Part shown: positions 1 to 17,853 of the stretch, piece after piece
Position numbering within the stretch: position 1 is the first letter of the stretch
Layout: the number at the start of each line of letters is the position of its first letter
DNA from: the human T2T-CHM13v2.0 reference genome, Homo sapiens
Assembly: GCF_009914755.1 (NCBI RefSeq)
Contig: NC_060940.1
Strand: one strand, 5' to 3'
Length of the DNA stretch: 64,000 bases
Program-made: the position numbers and the translations under genes
Notes under the pieces: generated by a model
The model's database searches: none
Told to the model about the DNA's origin: nothing
The model's input: the letters and a program-made list of their open reading frames with translations, nothing else

Positions 1-74
1 GTATATGTACCACGTTTTCTTTATCCAGTCTATATTGATGGGTATTAGGTTGATTCTGTGTCTTTGCTATTGTA

Positions 75-932
75 CTATATATGTAGATATATACACACAC
101 ATAGTATATATTTATGTTTACTATATAAATATATATAGTATTTATATATACTATATATATTTATATATAGTGTATATACACTATATATTTATATATAGTG
201 TATATACACTATATATAAATATATAGTGTATATATACTATGTATTTATATATAGTGTATATATACTATATACTATGTATTTATATATAGTGTATATACTA
301 TATATTAAAAATATACCATAAATAAAAAATATATATAATATACATATACACTATATATAGTATATATACACACTATATATTTATATATACACTATATATA
401 CTATATATTATATAAAAATATATACTATATATTATATATAATATACATATACATTATATACAGTGTATATATACACTATGTATTTATATATACTATATAT
501 TATATACACTATATATTTATATATACTATAGTAGTGTATATGTATACTATATATAGTGTATATATACTAGTATACTATAGTAGTGTATATATAGTGTATA
601 TATACTAGTATATATACTAGTGTATATACACTAGTATATATACTAGTGTATATACACTAGTATATATACTAGTGTATATACACTAGTATATATACTAGTG
701 TATATACACTACTATATATACTAGTGTATATACACTACTATATATACTAGTGTATATACACTACTATATATACTAGTATATATACACTACTATATATACT
801 AGTATATATACACTATATATATACTATAGTAGTGTATATATAGTGTATATATACTCTATATATATACTATAGTAGTGTATATATAGTGTATATATACTAG
901 TATATATACACTATATATATTTATATATATAT
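75..932. repeat. AT-rich (TA)n-derived microsatellite/minisatellite with a ~24-bp palindromic unit (TATATACTAGTGTATATACACTAG) at ~596-820
   Basis: Direct reading: almost pure TA/CA/TG dinucleotides; unit repeated many times. Confidence 0.95.
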
Positions 933-3050
933 AAAATCACCTCACATACTTAATATTTTGGTGGTGAGAACATTTAAGATTTATTCTTTTAGAACTTTCA
1001 AGTATACAATACATCATTAACTATAGTTGCCATGCTCTACATTAGGTCTCCAGAATATATTCATTCTGTTTAACTGAAATTTTGTATCCTTTGACCAACA
1101 TTTCCCTATTCTCCCACCTCCACCCCACCCCAAGCCCCTGGCAACCACCATTGCTTTCCTTCTACTCTTTGCTTCTGAGTTTGACATTTTTAGATTCCAC
1201 ATGTGAGTGAGACAATGCAGTGTCTGTCTTTCTGTGCCTGACTTATTTCACTTATTATAATATCCAGGCCCATTTATGTTGTTGCAAGTGACAGAATTTC
1301 TTTTTTTAAGTCTAAATAGTATTCCATTGTTTGTGTGTGTGTGTGTGTGTATACACACACGTTTATACATGTCTATCCGTGGGTCAATGGATAAAGAAAA
1401 TATGGTATTCACCCATTAATAGACACTTCAGTTGATTCCGTATCTTGACTATTGTGAATATTGCTGCAATGAACATAGGAATATAGATATCTCTTCAATT
1501 TCATTTCCTTTGGACATATGCTAACTAGAAGACTAGAAGTGGGATTGCAGGATCATATGGTAGTTCTATTTTTAATTTTTTGAGGAATCTCCATAATGGC
1601 TGTACTAATTTACATTCCCATCAACAGTATACAAGGGTTCCTTTTCTCCACATTCTTGTCAACACTTGATATCTTTTGTCTTGTTGATAATAGCCATTCT
1701 AACAAATACGGGGTAATCTATCTCATTGTGGTTTTGATTTACATTTTCCTGATGATTGGTGATGTTGAGCATTTTTTGATATACCCGTCAGCCACTTATG
1801 TGTTATTTTTTGAGAAACGTCTTTTCAAGTCTTTTGCCCATTTTAAAATTGGGTTGTTGTATTGCTATTGAATTGTTTGAGTTCCTTAAACATCTTGCAT
1901 ATTATCCTCTCATCAGATGTATGGTTTGAAAATATTTTCACCCTTTATATAGATTGTGTTTTCATTCTGTTGATTGTTTTATTTGCTGTGCATAAGCTTT
2001 TTAGTTTGATACAATCTGATATGCCTATTGTTGCTTTTTGAGTCATATCCAAAATATCATTGCCTGGACCAATGTCAGGAGGATCTTTTCCTGTGTTTTC
2101 TTCCTGTGGTTTATAGGTTCAGGTGTTATGTTTCAATCTTTAATTAATTTTAGTTGATTTTTGCATGTGGTGTGAGATAAGAATCCAATTTCATTCGTCT
2201 GCATGTGGATATCTAATTTTTTTCAACACTACCTATTGAAGAGACAGACCTTTCCCTTGTATGTTCTTGGCATCTTGGTTGCAGACAAATTGACCATAAA
2301 CATACGGGTTTTTATGGGCTCTTTCTTCTATTCCATTGGTCTATATGTCTATTTTTGTGCCAGTACCATGCTGTTTTGATTAAGATAGCTTTGCATTATG
2401 GTTTGAAATCAGGTTGTGTGATGCTTTCAGCTTTGTTCTTCTTGCCGAAGACTGTGGTGGCTGCTCAAGATTGTGGTAGCTATTTGCAGTCTTTGATGAT
2501 TTCATACCAAATTTTAGGATTTTTTTTCTATTTGTGACAAATGCCAATGACATTTTCATAGGAATGGCATTTAGTCTATGGATAACTTTGGGTATTATGA
2601 ACATTTTCACAATATTAATTCTTCCAATACATAAACACAGACTATCTTTTCATTTATTTGCATCTTTTTCAATTTCTTTCATCACAGTTCTACAGTTTTT
2701 AGTGTACAAATCTTTTACCTCCTTGGCAAAACTTATTTCTAAGTGTTTCATTTTTTTGTAGCAATTGTAAGTGGACTTTTAAAAATGTTTTTGGATTATT
2801 TATTAGTGTATAAACACACTATTGATTTTGTATATTGATTTTGTATCCTGCAACATTACTTCATTAATTAGTTCTGACAATTTTGTGATGGAGTTTTAGG
2901 ACTTCATAAGATTATGTTATCTGCAAACAAAGATAATTTTATTTCTTCTTTTCCAACTTGGGTGCCTTGTATTCCTTTCTTTTGCCTAATTGGTTGGGCT
3001 AGGACTTCCAGTACTATATTGAACAGAAGTGTCAAGAGTGGACATTCTTG

Positions 3051-3125
3051 CAGTGAGCCGAGATCGCACCACTGCCCTCCAGCCTGGGCGACAGAGCAAG
3101 ACTCTGTCCCAAAAAAAAAAAAAAA
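3051..3125 (+). mobile_element. Severely 5'-truncated Alu (3' end only) with polyA
   Basis: cagtgagccgagatcgcaccactg...A15; TSD ggacattcttg at 3040-3050 and 3126-3136. Confidence 0.9.
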
Positions 3126-4677
3126 GGACATTCTTGTCTTATTCCTTGTCTCAGAGAAAAAGCTTTCAGCTGTTCACCAGTTCACCATTGAGTATAATGT
3201 TATCTGTGGGACATTATTATGCTGAGGTACATTCTTTCTATACCTAATTTGTTGAGAGTTTGTAGTTAGGAAATTACGTTGAATTTTTTCAAATGCCTCT
3301 TCTGCATCTGTGGAGATGATTATATGATTTTTATACTTTATTCTACTAATGCGGTGTAGAATACTTACTGATTTGCATATGTTAAACTATTCTTGCATCC
3401 TGAGATAAATCCTAATTGATGATGGTGTATAATCCTTTTCATGTGCTGTTGAATTCAGTTGGCTAGTATTTTGTTGAGGATTTTATCTATGTTCCTAAAG
3501 CATGTTGATCTATACTCTTCCATTCTTGTAGTGTACTTTTCTGGCTATGGTATCCGGGTAATGTCAGTCTTGTAAAATGAGTTTGGAAGTGTTTCCTGTT
3601 CTTTAATTAAAAAAAAAAAAAAAAGAAAATGTGTTGTTAATTATGCTTTAAATGTTTGGTAGAATTCACCAGTGAATGTCTTGGGTTTTTCTTTGTTGGG
3701 AACTTTTTGATAATTGATTTAATCTCCTTACTGATTGTTGGTGTGTTCATATTTTCTATTTCTTCATAATTCAGTCTTGGTGGGTTGTATGCATCTAGAA
3801 ATGCATTCATTTCTTCTAGGTTATCCAATCATTCATAGTATCTCTTATGATGCTTTATATTTCTATATCAGCTATAACATCTCTTTTGTTTATAACTTTG
3901 AGTTCCTTTTTTCTTAGTTTCTCAATTTAGTTTATTTTTTCTTAAAAAAAAAAACAACTCTTAGTTTCATTGATATTTTCTATTGTTTTCTACCCTCTTT
4001 CCACTGACTTTGGGCTTAGTTTTTCTTCTTTTCTAGTTCTTTGGGGTATAAAGGTTGGTTGTCAGGTTGTTTACTTGAGATCTTTTTTTCCTTAATGTAG
4101 GTATTTAGCACTATAAACTTTTAGAACTGTTTTTGCTGCATTCCATAAGTTATGGTATGTTGTACTTCTGTTTCATTCGTCTCAAGTTATGTTTTGATTT
4201 CTCTTTTGATTTCTTCTTTGACTCATTGATTGTTTAGGAGCATGTCATTTAATTTGTCAGTATTTGTGAATTTCCCTATTTTCCTCTTCTTACGGGTTTC
4301 TAATTTTATACCACTGTAATTAGAAAAGATGCTTGATATGATTTCAGTCTTCTCAAATTTATTAAGATTTGTTTTGTGGCATAATCCTCCCATTCTGGAG
4401 AATGTTTGGTGTTCACTTAAGAATATTTATTCTGTTGCTGTTTGATGGTAGGCTCTTCTTGTCTGTTAGGTCCATTTGGTTTATAGTGTTTGTCTGTTAT
4501 TTTCTTATTGATTTTTCTGTGTGAATAATTTATTGTTGAAAGTGAGGTATTGAAGTCTCCTACTACTTTTGTTCATTTAGTTTGGTTTGTTACATAGATA
4601 TAGTGCATGATGCTGAGGTTTAGGGGATAGATCCTATCACCCAGGTAGCTAGCATACTACACAATAGGTAGTTTTTC

Positions 4678-6632
<1,955 letters not shown>

Positions 6633-9600
6633 TCAACTCACAACCCCTTTCTTCCTCCCAACTTTAGTAGTCAACAGTGTCTATTGTTCTCATCTTTATG
6701 TCCATAGTTACCCAATGTTTAGTTCCTACAGTGTGGTATTTGGTTTTCTGTTCCCGTGTTAATTGTTAGGATTATGGTCTCCAGAAGCCTCCATGCTGCT
6801 ACAAAGAACATGATTTCATCCTTGTTTGTGGCTGTGTAGTATTCCATGGTGTATGTGTATCACATTTTTTCATCCAATACACCATTCATGGGCATCTAGA
6901 TGGATTCCATGCCATTGCTATTGTGAATAGCACTGTGTGGAAGAAATGAGTTTATGTGTCTTTTTGGTGGGAAGATTTATTTTTCTTTGAGTATATACCC
7001 AGTAATGGCATTGTTAGGTCAAGTGATAGCTCTGTTTTAAATTCTTTGAGAAACCTCCAAACTGCTTTCCACAGTAGCTGAGCTAATTTACATTCTAATC
7101 AACAGTGTATAAGCATTTCTTTTTCTCCACAGTCTCACCAGCATGTGTTATTTGATTTTTTAATAGCCATTCTGACTCGTGTGAGATGTTATTGATTTGC
7201 ATTTCTCTGATGATTAGTGATGATGAGCATTTTTTCGTGTTTATTGGCCACTTGTATGTCTTCTGTCTTCTTTTGACAAGTGTTCATGTCCTTTGCCTAC
7301 TTTTTAATGTGGTTATTTGGTTTTTGCTTGTTGATTTGTTTAAGGTCCTTTTAGATTCTGGATGTTAGACTTTTGTCAGATGCATAGTTTGCTAGTATTT
7401 TCTCCAATGCTGTAGATTGTCTATTTACTTTGTTGATAGTTTCTTTTGCTGGGCAGAAACTTTTTAGTTTAATCAGGCCCCACTTGCCAACTTTGTTTGT
7501 TGTTGTTGTTGTTGTTGTTGGAATTGCTTTCAGGGACTTAGCCAAAAATTCTTTGTCAAGACTGATATTGAGAAGGGTATTCCCTAGGTTTTCTTTTAGA
7601 ATTTTTATAATTTGAGGTCTTACCTTTAAATCTTTAATCCATCTTGAGTTAATTTTTGTATACGGTAAAAAGTAGCGTTCCAGTTTCATTCATTTGCATA
7701 TGGCTAGCCACTTATCCCAGTACCGTTTACTGAATAGTAGAAAGTCCTTGCCCTGTTGCTTGTTTTTGTTGACTTTGTCAAAGATTAGATGGTTGTAGGC
7801 GTGCGGCTTTATTTCTGGGTTCTCTATTCTGTTCCATTGGTTTATGTGCTTGTTTTTTTTTCACCAGTACCATGCTGTTTTGGTTACTGTGGCCTTATGG
7901 AATAATTAGAAGTGTGATACGTCTGGCTTTGTTCTTTTTGCTTTGGATCGTTTGGGCTATTCGGTCTCTTTTTTGGTTCCATATGAATTTTGGAATACTT
8001 TTTTTCTAATTCCATGAAAAGAACATCGGTAGTTTCATATAAATAGCATTGAATCTGTAAACTGCTTTGGGCAGTGTGGCCATTTTAACAATATCGAGTC
8101 TTCCAATCCATAAGCACAGATTGGTATTCCATCTCTGGTTTCTTTCAACAGTGTTTCGTAGTTCTTGTAGAGATCTTTCACCCCCTTGGTTAGCTGTATT
8201 CCTAGGTATTTCCATTTTTTGTGTGTGGCTATCATAAGTGGGATTATGTTTTTCATTTGACTATCAGCTTGAACATTATTGGTGGGTAGATGCTACTGAT
8301 TTTTGTACATTGATTTTGTCTCTTTGTCCTTCTTAATAGTTGTTTGTTTAAAGTCTGTTTTATCTGATGTAAGAATAGAAACCTGCTCTTTTTATTTTCA
8401 ACTTGCATGGTAGATTTTTTTTTTTTTTGGTCCCTTTACTTTAAGCCTGTTTATGTCCCTTCATGTGAGATGGGTCTCCTGAAGACAGGAGAGAGGTGGC
8501 TCTTGTCTTTGTATGCAGCTTGCCACTTTATGTCTTAAGTGGGGCATTAAGTACATTTACATTCAGGGCTATTATTGATACATGAGACTTTGATCCTGTC
8601 ATTGTGTTGTTAGCTGGTTATTATGTGGACTTGTTTGTGTAGTTGCTTTATAGTATCTATGGGATATGTGCGTAAGTGTGTTTTTGTAGGAGCAGGTGCC
8701 ATTTCTTGGTTTCCATGTTTAGCACTTTTTAAAAGAACTCTTGTAATGCTTGTCTAATTGTAACCAATTCCCTCAGCATTTGCTTGTCTGAGAAGGATTC
8801 TATGTCTCCTTTGATTATGAAACTCAGTTTGGCAGGACATGAAATTTTTGGTTGGAATTTCTTTCCTTTAAGGATGTTGAAAATAGGCTCCCAATATTTT
8901 CTGGCTTATACGTTTTCTGCTGAGAGGTCTGTCTATTGCTAGCCTGATGGGGCTCCCTTTGTACATGATCTGATCTTTCTCTAGCTGCCTTTAAGATTTT
9001 TTTTTTTTTTTTGCATTTATCTTGGTGACTCTGATGACTGTGTGTCATGGGGAGGGGCATCTTTTGTAGTATCTAGCCAGGGTTCTCTGTATTTCTTGAA
9101 TTTGAACGTCAATCTCTCTAGTGAGATTAGAGATTTTTTTTGTGGACTATATCTTCGAATATATTTTTCAAATTGCCTACTCTCTTTCTTCACTCAGGAA
9201 TGCCAACGAGTTATAAGTTTGGTCTGTTTACCTAATCCCATATTTCTTGGAGGTTTTGTTTATTTTTTTAAAATTCCTTTTTCTTTATTTTTGTCTGACT
9301 GAGTTAATTTGAAAAACCAGTGTTGGAGCTCTGAGATTCTTTCCTCAGCTTGGTCTATTCTACTATTAATGCCTTCAACTAAATTAAGAAATTCTTGCAG
9401 TCAACTTTTCAATTCCAGAAGTTTAGTTTGGTTCTTTCTTAAAATGGCTCTTTTATCTTTCAGCTCTTGGATTATTTTACTGGATTCTTTGGATTGAGTT
9501 TCAACTTGCTTCTGAATCTTGATGAACTTCCTTGCCATCTATATTCTGAATTATATGTCTGTCATTCAGTCATTTAATAGTGGTTAAGAAGCTTTGCTGA

Positions 9601-12600
9601 GGAGCTAGGGGGCTCATTTGGAAGTAAGGGGACACTGTGGCTTTTTGAATTGGTAGAGTTCTTGCACTGATTCTTGCACTGATCTGGGAGGGCTGGTGTT
9701 CCTTCACCTGTGGTGTAAGTTGAGTATTTTCAGTTGGGCTCATTTCTGGATGTTTTTAGAGGGCCAAGACTCTGTACAGGATCTTTATTTGTGGGTGAAT
9801 GCCTGTGCTTGGTTTCACAGGGGTATTAGCCAAATAATTTTTGGCAATGTAGTTTGAGCCATGATCCAGTAGATGGTGCTTAAAAGTAATGGCCAGCAGG
9901 TAGGGTCTTAGCCACATGGCTCTTTTATATTTCCTCACGTTTGCAGGCATGCTCTGCCATGGCAAAGGGAGGTGGGGAGAGATGACCTCCTCACCAGATC
10001 CACTCCTAGGCCTTCGAGGATTCCCCTCTTATCACTGGCTCCACACCCATATTTATTTTGTTAGGTGTTCAGGGCCGCAGGGCTCCCTTGGGCAGAGGCT
10101 GTGGCAGAGAGACAGGCCACATTCTTTCTGGACTGGCCCTATAGAGGGAGGTATGCCTCACTCCCTTGCTGGCCCATGAACTTGGACATTTTACCATTCT
10201 CAATGCTCTGAGTGTGGGGGCTCCTCTCCCACTCAAGTGCTGGCCACAGATCTCAGCTCAACACTCATAAGCTGTGTACCATGGCTGAGACATCAGGATG
10301 GCCCAACTGTGGTGGTGGATTCGAAGTGCTCCCAGGTTGCTGGGAAAGTGTTCAGGTGGAGCAAAGCACTCAGGCTGGGCAGTGGAGGCTGTGCTATGCA
10401 GCCTGTGCTGTGCCCGTGGTCCTGTGGGGCAGGCAGGCAGGAGTCCTGGGAAAGGCTAGTGGGCAGGAAGGCTTATAGAACAGATGTTCCCCAGTCCTGT
10501 GGGAAGGCTGACCCTGCTCTCTTCTGGCCTGGTGGTCAACTGGGGCTAGAACCTCTTGGAGGGAGATGGGGAGCACTGGGGTATGCGTGTCTGTGGCTAC
10601 ACTCTGCCAGAACTACATTTCTGGGTTCTCTGGTGGCTGAAGCCCTGACTCTGCCTATTCCCTGGGCAGATCCCCCTGCTAGCTCACATGTCCATGGGGA
10701 ATGTGGGGCCCCCTGTCCTATTACTTTTGTATTGCTGTCTGCTTCTCCCTTTAGTTGTGTTAATATTTGCATTATATAATTAGGTGTTCCATTGTTTAGC
10801 ACATATATATTTAAACTTATTATATCTTCTTAAGTGAATTGACTCTTTTATCATTATTTAATGACCTTTTTTATCTCTGTCACAGTTTTGGACTTAAACA
10901 TCTATTTTTTTTTCCTGATGTACATATCTCTGCTTTTTTGATTACTATTATATTTTATTTATTACAGCTTATAGAATATCTCTTTACATCCCATAATTTT
11001 CAGCTTATATGTGTACTTAAAGCTAAAGCAAATCTCTAGTAGGCAGCATGTAGATGGGTTTTGGCTTTTTACTCCATTCAGTCACTCTGTCATTTGATTA
11101 GAGAATTTAACTCATTTACATTTAAATAATAATTCATAGGTAAGGACTTACTACGACCATCTTGTTAATTGTTCTCTATTTTGTATTTCTTTTGTCTCAT
11201 CCTTCCCCTCTTGCTATCTTTCTTTCTGTTTTTTGTTTTTGTTTTTGTTTTTTTTTGTAGAGGTATGCTTTGATTATTTTCTCTTTATCTTTTGTGTATA
11301 CCCTACATATTTTTTCTTTGTGGTTGTTATGAGGCTTACATAAACATCTTGTAGTTATAATAGTCTATTTGAAGCTGATAACTACTTAATTTCAACTATA
11401 TACATAAATATCTACAGTTTAACTTCTCCTTCCCCCGTATTTGTGTCATTGATGTCACAATTTACATCTTTTATGTATCATGTATCCATTAACAAATTAT
11501 TGTACCTATATTTTTAATACTTTTGTCTTTTAACTTATATAGCAGAGTCAGAAATTATTTATGGACCACCATTACAGTTTTAGAGTATTCTAAATTTGAC
11601 TATATTCTTACCTTTGCAGTGAATTTTATACTTTCATATATTTTCATATTGTTAACATCCTTTTCTTTCAACTTGAAGAACTTCTTTTAGGGTTTTTTTT
11701 TGTAAAGCAGATCTAGTGGTGCTGAGTCCCCACAGCTTTTGTTTGTCTGGGAAAGTCTTTATCTTGCCTTTTGCCTTCATTTTGGAATGATGACTTTGCT
11801 GGGTATACATTCTTGGTCGATAGTTCTTTTTTTTTTTTTTTTTTTTCCCAGCACTTGGGGTAATATCATCTCATTCTCTCCTTGCCTGCAAGGTTTCTGC
11901 TGAGGAGTATCCTTAAAGTTTTAGGGAGGTGCCCTTGTATGTGTGATCAGTTGCTTTTCTCTTGCGACTTTCAAATTGTCTCTTTGACTTTTGAGAATTT
12001 TATTATAATGTGTCTCAATGAACATATCTTTATAGTGAACCTACTTAGAGTTCTTTGGGCTTCATGGATCTGGATGTTCATGTTCCTCTTCATCCAGACA
12101 TAGGAAGTTTTCTGTCATTATTTATTTAAATAAGCTTTTTGCCCTTTTTTTTCTTTTTCTTCTCCTTCTGAAACTCTCATCATGCATATATTGGCTCACT
12201 TAATGGTGTCCATAGTCCTGTAGGTTTTCTTCCTCATTTTCCCTCAGTTTCATTCTTTTTGTCACCTTAACTGGGTAATTCCAAAGGACCTGTCTTTGAG
12301 CTAATTCTTCTTCTGCTTAGCCAAGTGGATGTTGAAGCTCTCTGAAAGTTTTCAGCTCAATCATTGCGTTCTTACTCAAAAATTTCTGTTTGGTTCTATT
12401 TTTTTTATTTTTATCTATTTACTGAACTTCTCACTTTGTTCATGAATTATTTTCCTGATTTGACATAGCTGTCTATCTGTGTTCTTCTGTAGCTCACTGA
12501 GCTTCTTTAAGATGATTATTTTTTATTGTTTGTCAGGCAATTTGGAGATCTTCATTTTTTTAGGGTTGGCTACTGGTCCTTTATTTTGTTTCTCTGGTGA

Positions 12601-13944
12601 TGGTATGTTTCTCCAATTACACGTAATCCTGTAGTCTTGCATTAGTATCTGCACATTTGAAGAGGTAGATACCACTTTCAGTGTTTTAAGGACAGGCTTT
12701 GGCAGAGAAAGCACTTTACCAGTTAGCCTGTTTAGAGACTCTGGTCAGGCCATCTTGCAGGGTTCATGGGTTGCCTGCTGCTGGAATCCTCAGGTGGGCT
12801 GGGAGCACTGATGTCTACTGGAGTGGGTCTGAACCTTGAGTCTCTTGGAGCCTGGGCCTCTGGAGACAAGCCTGGAGCCTGGGATGGGCCTGGAGGCTGA
12901 GCCCACAGTAGTGGGCCTGGGTCCTGGGCCATCAGGAGCAGTCATAGAGGTTGGATTTATAAGGGGCTAGCCTAGTGCTAGGTGGGCCAAGAGCCTAGGT
13001 CTGGAGTGGTCAGCCTGGAGCCTGGGCCTGCAGGTGCTGGCCTGGTGCCTTGGGCTGTGGGAGCCAACATAGTGCTGAGGTAGGCCTGGAGGCTGAGTCT
13101 ACGGGGGCAGGCCTGAGTCCTGGGTCTGTGGCAGTCATCCTAGAGCTTGGAACTATAGGGGATTCTCTGGAACTAGGGCTTGGTCCCCAGGCTGGGGCAA
13201 GCCTGGAGCCTGAGTCTGCCAGGGTAGGTAGGCCTAGATCCATGGGATTATGAGGGCTGACCTGGTGCTGGGGTGGGCCTGGAGGCTTGATCTATGGGTA
13301 CTGGCCTGGGGCTCAAGGCCATGGGGCTGACCTGGTGCCAGGTTTCACTGGCACAGGCCTGATGTTTGGGTCTGTGGTGAATTCACATGTTCACTTCACT
13401 CTCCTTCCCCCACAGGGAGCACACGTGTCTCTGCACTGTGCTGGGGTTGGGAAGCGGTGGTGTGGATAATGTGAAACTGTCCTTATTACCTTCTTCAGTG
13501 CATTTTTTTTTCTTATTTGTGTGCTACACCTAGGTGCTGTAATCTCTCACTTGAATCTCTTAGCTCTTGTGAAGGTATTTTTATGCATAGATTGTTGTTT
13601 AAACTGATGTTTCTGTGAGGGGATGAGAACCAGAAAGTTCTATTCTGCCATCTTGCTGGCATCGCTCCCCTAGGGACCTGTTCATGAATTCGTGAATTCG
13701 TTTAGCGTGTAAAAGTATTATTTTACACCCAAGATAATCAATTTTACTAGTTTGTGTTCGGGTCTGCATGATGGAAATCAATCAGCCAACTCTGAGTGGC
13801 AGAGTCTGTTACATTGGTGTTAAAAACCAGTCTATGTTATATTGGTGTTTAAAAAGATTCTGAGGTCACATTTGGGATTAGTAGGAAAGAATGCTTTGAT
13901 TGATTAGTGATGTCTTCCATTGGCATGGAAATGGAGAGGGACAC

Positions 13945-14520
<576 letters not shown>

Positions 14521-15014
14521 TATCTCTCCTGTTCCCCATCCCTCAATCTCTTTCTGTCTCTTGTTCTTGAGTGTGTCTTTTTTAGATCTTGTTCTCCCTT
14601 TGACAGCTTCCTCTTTGGCTTGGCATTTTATCATTTTTCTTAGCAGCTGGGATTCTCTGGCATTTCTAAGTCTATTTTAAACACTTTGTAAGGTTTGATT
14701 TAGAGGAAAATCTGATTTCCATAGTTTGTGCATTGGTACCTCAGGGGACTCTTAGTTTGATTATGTCCTGAAAAGGTTGTGATAAGCTCGGGCTCTGGCA
14801 GCCCTGATAGGCGTGGCTCAGTGGCCTTTCAGCTGCTTCCATCTGGGTTATTGAAGCTTTTTAGCAGCCCAAGAGCACCAGGCTCTTTACCTCATTGTAG
14901 AGTTCCAGTCTCATTTTTGTTTTGCCAGAACCCCTGGGGAACTGATTAAGATGATTCTGATTTAGCAGGTCTGGGGTGAGACGTGAGATTCTGCATTTCT
15001 AACAAACAGACGTG

Positions 15015-15314
<300 letters not shown>

Positions 15315-15752
15315 GGAAAGAATGCTCCTTCTGTCTTGAAACCTAATTTCACCTGGCAAATGGAGTTTCTCCTCCTATGTGCTCCCTTTGAACCCACATG
15401 ACATTTTATAGTATTTCTGATGGGCTTCTTCCCAACTTGGACTCTAATAATCTCTATTCATTTCTCTCTCCAGTTAGACCGAGTGCCACTCCAGGGCTTG
15501 CTATGGAAAAATAAAAACGCAAAATAGAACATTCCAGGCCAGTACATGTAGTAAAGACCGTCATGATGCCAAACATGACAACTTTGGCCTTCTCCAGTGT
15601 AGTGATGCCTGCTGCTCTGAAAAGCAGCAGCCTTATTTACAAGAGCTAAAGCTTGGAAGCAACCTAAGTGTCCCTGGATGGATGAACAGATAAACAAAAT
15701 GTAGTATACACATACAAGGGAATATTAGTCTGCCTTTAAAAAGAAGGAACTT

Positions 15753-16102
<350 letters not shown>

Positions 16103-16360
16103 TGAATAAACCCTGAGGACATTATGCTAAGGGAAATAGGCCAGTCATCAGAGAACAAATGCTGTATGAGTTCACATACATGAAGTACTTAGAACAGTTA
16201 CATGCATACAGATAGAAAGCAGAATGATGGTTTCCAGGGGCTTGGGGAAGGGGAAATGGGGAGTTACTTTTTAACAGGTGTAGAGTTTTTCTTAGTTTTA
16301 CAAGATGAAAAGAGTTAGTGAGATGGATGGTATGATGGCTGCATATTATTAAATTAATGC

Positions 16361-16659
16361 TTTCTTTTTTTTTTTTTTTTTTTTTTTAAGACAGGGCCTT
16401 GCTCTGTCTCCCAGGCTGGAGTGCAGTGGTACAGTCTCGGCTCACTGCAGCCTCAACCTCTCAGGCTCCAGCGATCCTCCCACCTCAGCCCCCCCATGTA
16501 GCTGGGATTACAGGCATGCACCACCACGCCTGGATAATTTTTATATTTTTAGTAGTGACGGGGTTTCGCCATGTTGACTAGGCTGGTCTTGAATTCCTGG
16601 GCTCAAGCCTTGACCTCCCAAAGTTCTGGGATTACAGGCCTGAGCCACCGCGGCCAGCC
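16361..16659 (-). mobile_element. AluJ/S
   Basis: PolyT then reverse Alu dimer. Confidence 0.85.
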
Positions 16660-17640
16660 TATTAAGGTATTTAATACTTCTGAACTGTACAATGGTTAAT
16701 TAAATTAAGGTATTTAATACTTCAATGGTTATGCTGGTAAACTATATTTTATGTGTTTTTCCCTCTCCCTTGTGGTTTTCCCCTGCGGCCTCCTACAGGG
16801 AAAAGAGGGGAGGACCTATATCCTTCTTCGATATCATCTCTATCCTACAGCTTGTAGGATATGGTACAGCTTGTAGGATATTTTTACCACAATAAAAACT
16901 TCTTATAAAAAAGCATTGGCCTTGCACAAAAAGGCCAGAGTTCTAGCCTTTCCTGGCAGGAATACACTGCACTGGGATCCCTTGAAGCCCTAGACTAGCC
17001 CCCACATGCAGGAGATTTGGAATATCCTCACTAGACATCAGATGAACAGGGGTCTGTGTGACTTCTTTAATTTTCCATCACATATCTTGTCTTGCCCTAA
17101 GTTTCCATTCCTGCTGCTGCCTGGGACAGATATACAAGAGAAACTGGTTTTACATAATTTTTTCCATTGTAAATTTATTCTTGGCAAAGAATCAAACATT
17201 CAAATTCTTTCACAGGATTATTTCCTTTCTCTAGGTCTCTTTCTCCTTTGTCTCTTGAAGGTGACATCTGAGCTCGTAAAACAGTTTGTTTCTGTCCGTG
17301 TGCTGGACATCGTCCTTTCTGGCCTCTGCTGCAGAATTCTGAGTCTCAATTTGACCCTGAGTGCCCTGCACTGGTGTCCACTGCAGAGAAACTGCTCCTT
17401 CCTGATATTTTTTGAGCATGTTACTGATCGCCCCTGCTGACATTATAGATCTCTGCCATTGGCTCTGGTCCTAAGGTTACCTCATTCTGTGATCTCCTCA
17501 CCCTAAGCCAGGCCTCTTCTGCTCTATCAATTCTCTCAGAAATTCTGAGCCCCTCTAAAAGGAAGGAGGCAGGGAATCTTGTTAGGTTTTTCTGCAGGAT
17601 GGCTATGTTGGGGAGACACCATAACATCCTAATGTATGTT

Positions 17641-17853
17641 TGGGGTTGGCAAACATTGGCCCAAAGGTTGCTTGTCACATGACTTTGTAAATAAAGTTTT
17701 ATTGGAACAGAACTACACCCACTCAGTTACATATTGTCTATGGCTGCTTTTGCAGTACAGTGGCAGAGTTGATCGTGGTGACAAAGGTTATATAGCCCGC
17801 AAGGCTGAAATATTTACTGTCTGGCCCTTTGCAGAAAAAGTTTGCTGGCCTTT
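17641..17853. mobile_element. MER58A-like hAT-Charlie MITE
   Basis: ggggttggcaaac...gtaaataaagttttattggaaca...gcagaaaaagtttgc termini. Confidence 0.8.

Noticed and set aside
596-820. CRISPR-like array of palindromic repeats
   Set aside because: No unique spacers, no cas genes, eukaryotic context
17006-17600. 144-aa ORF and purine-rich minus strand with AATAAA, possibly a processed pseudogene
   Set aside because: No recognisable protein, polyA or TSD; more likely an ancient LTR remnant, which I cannot assign
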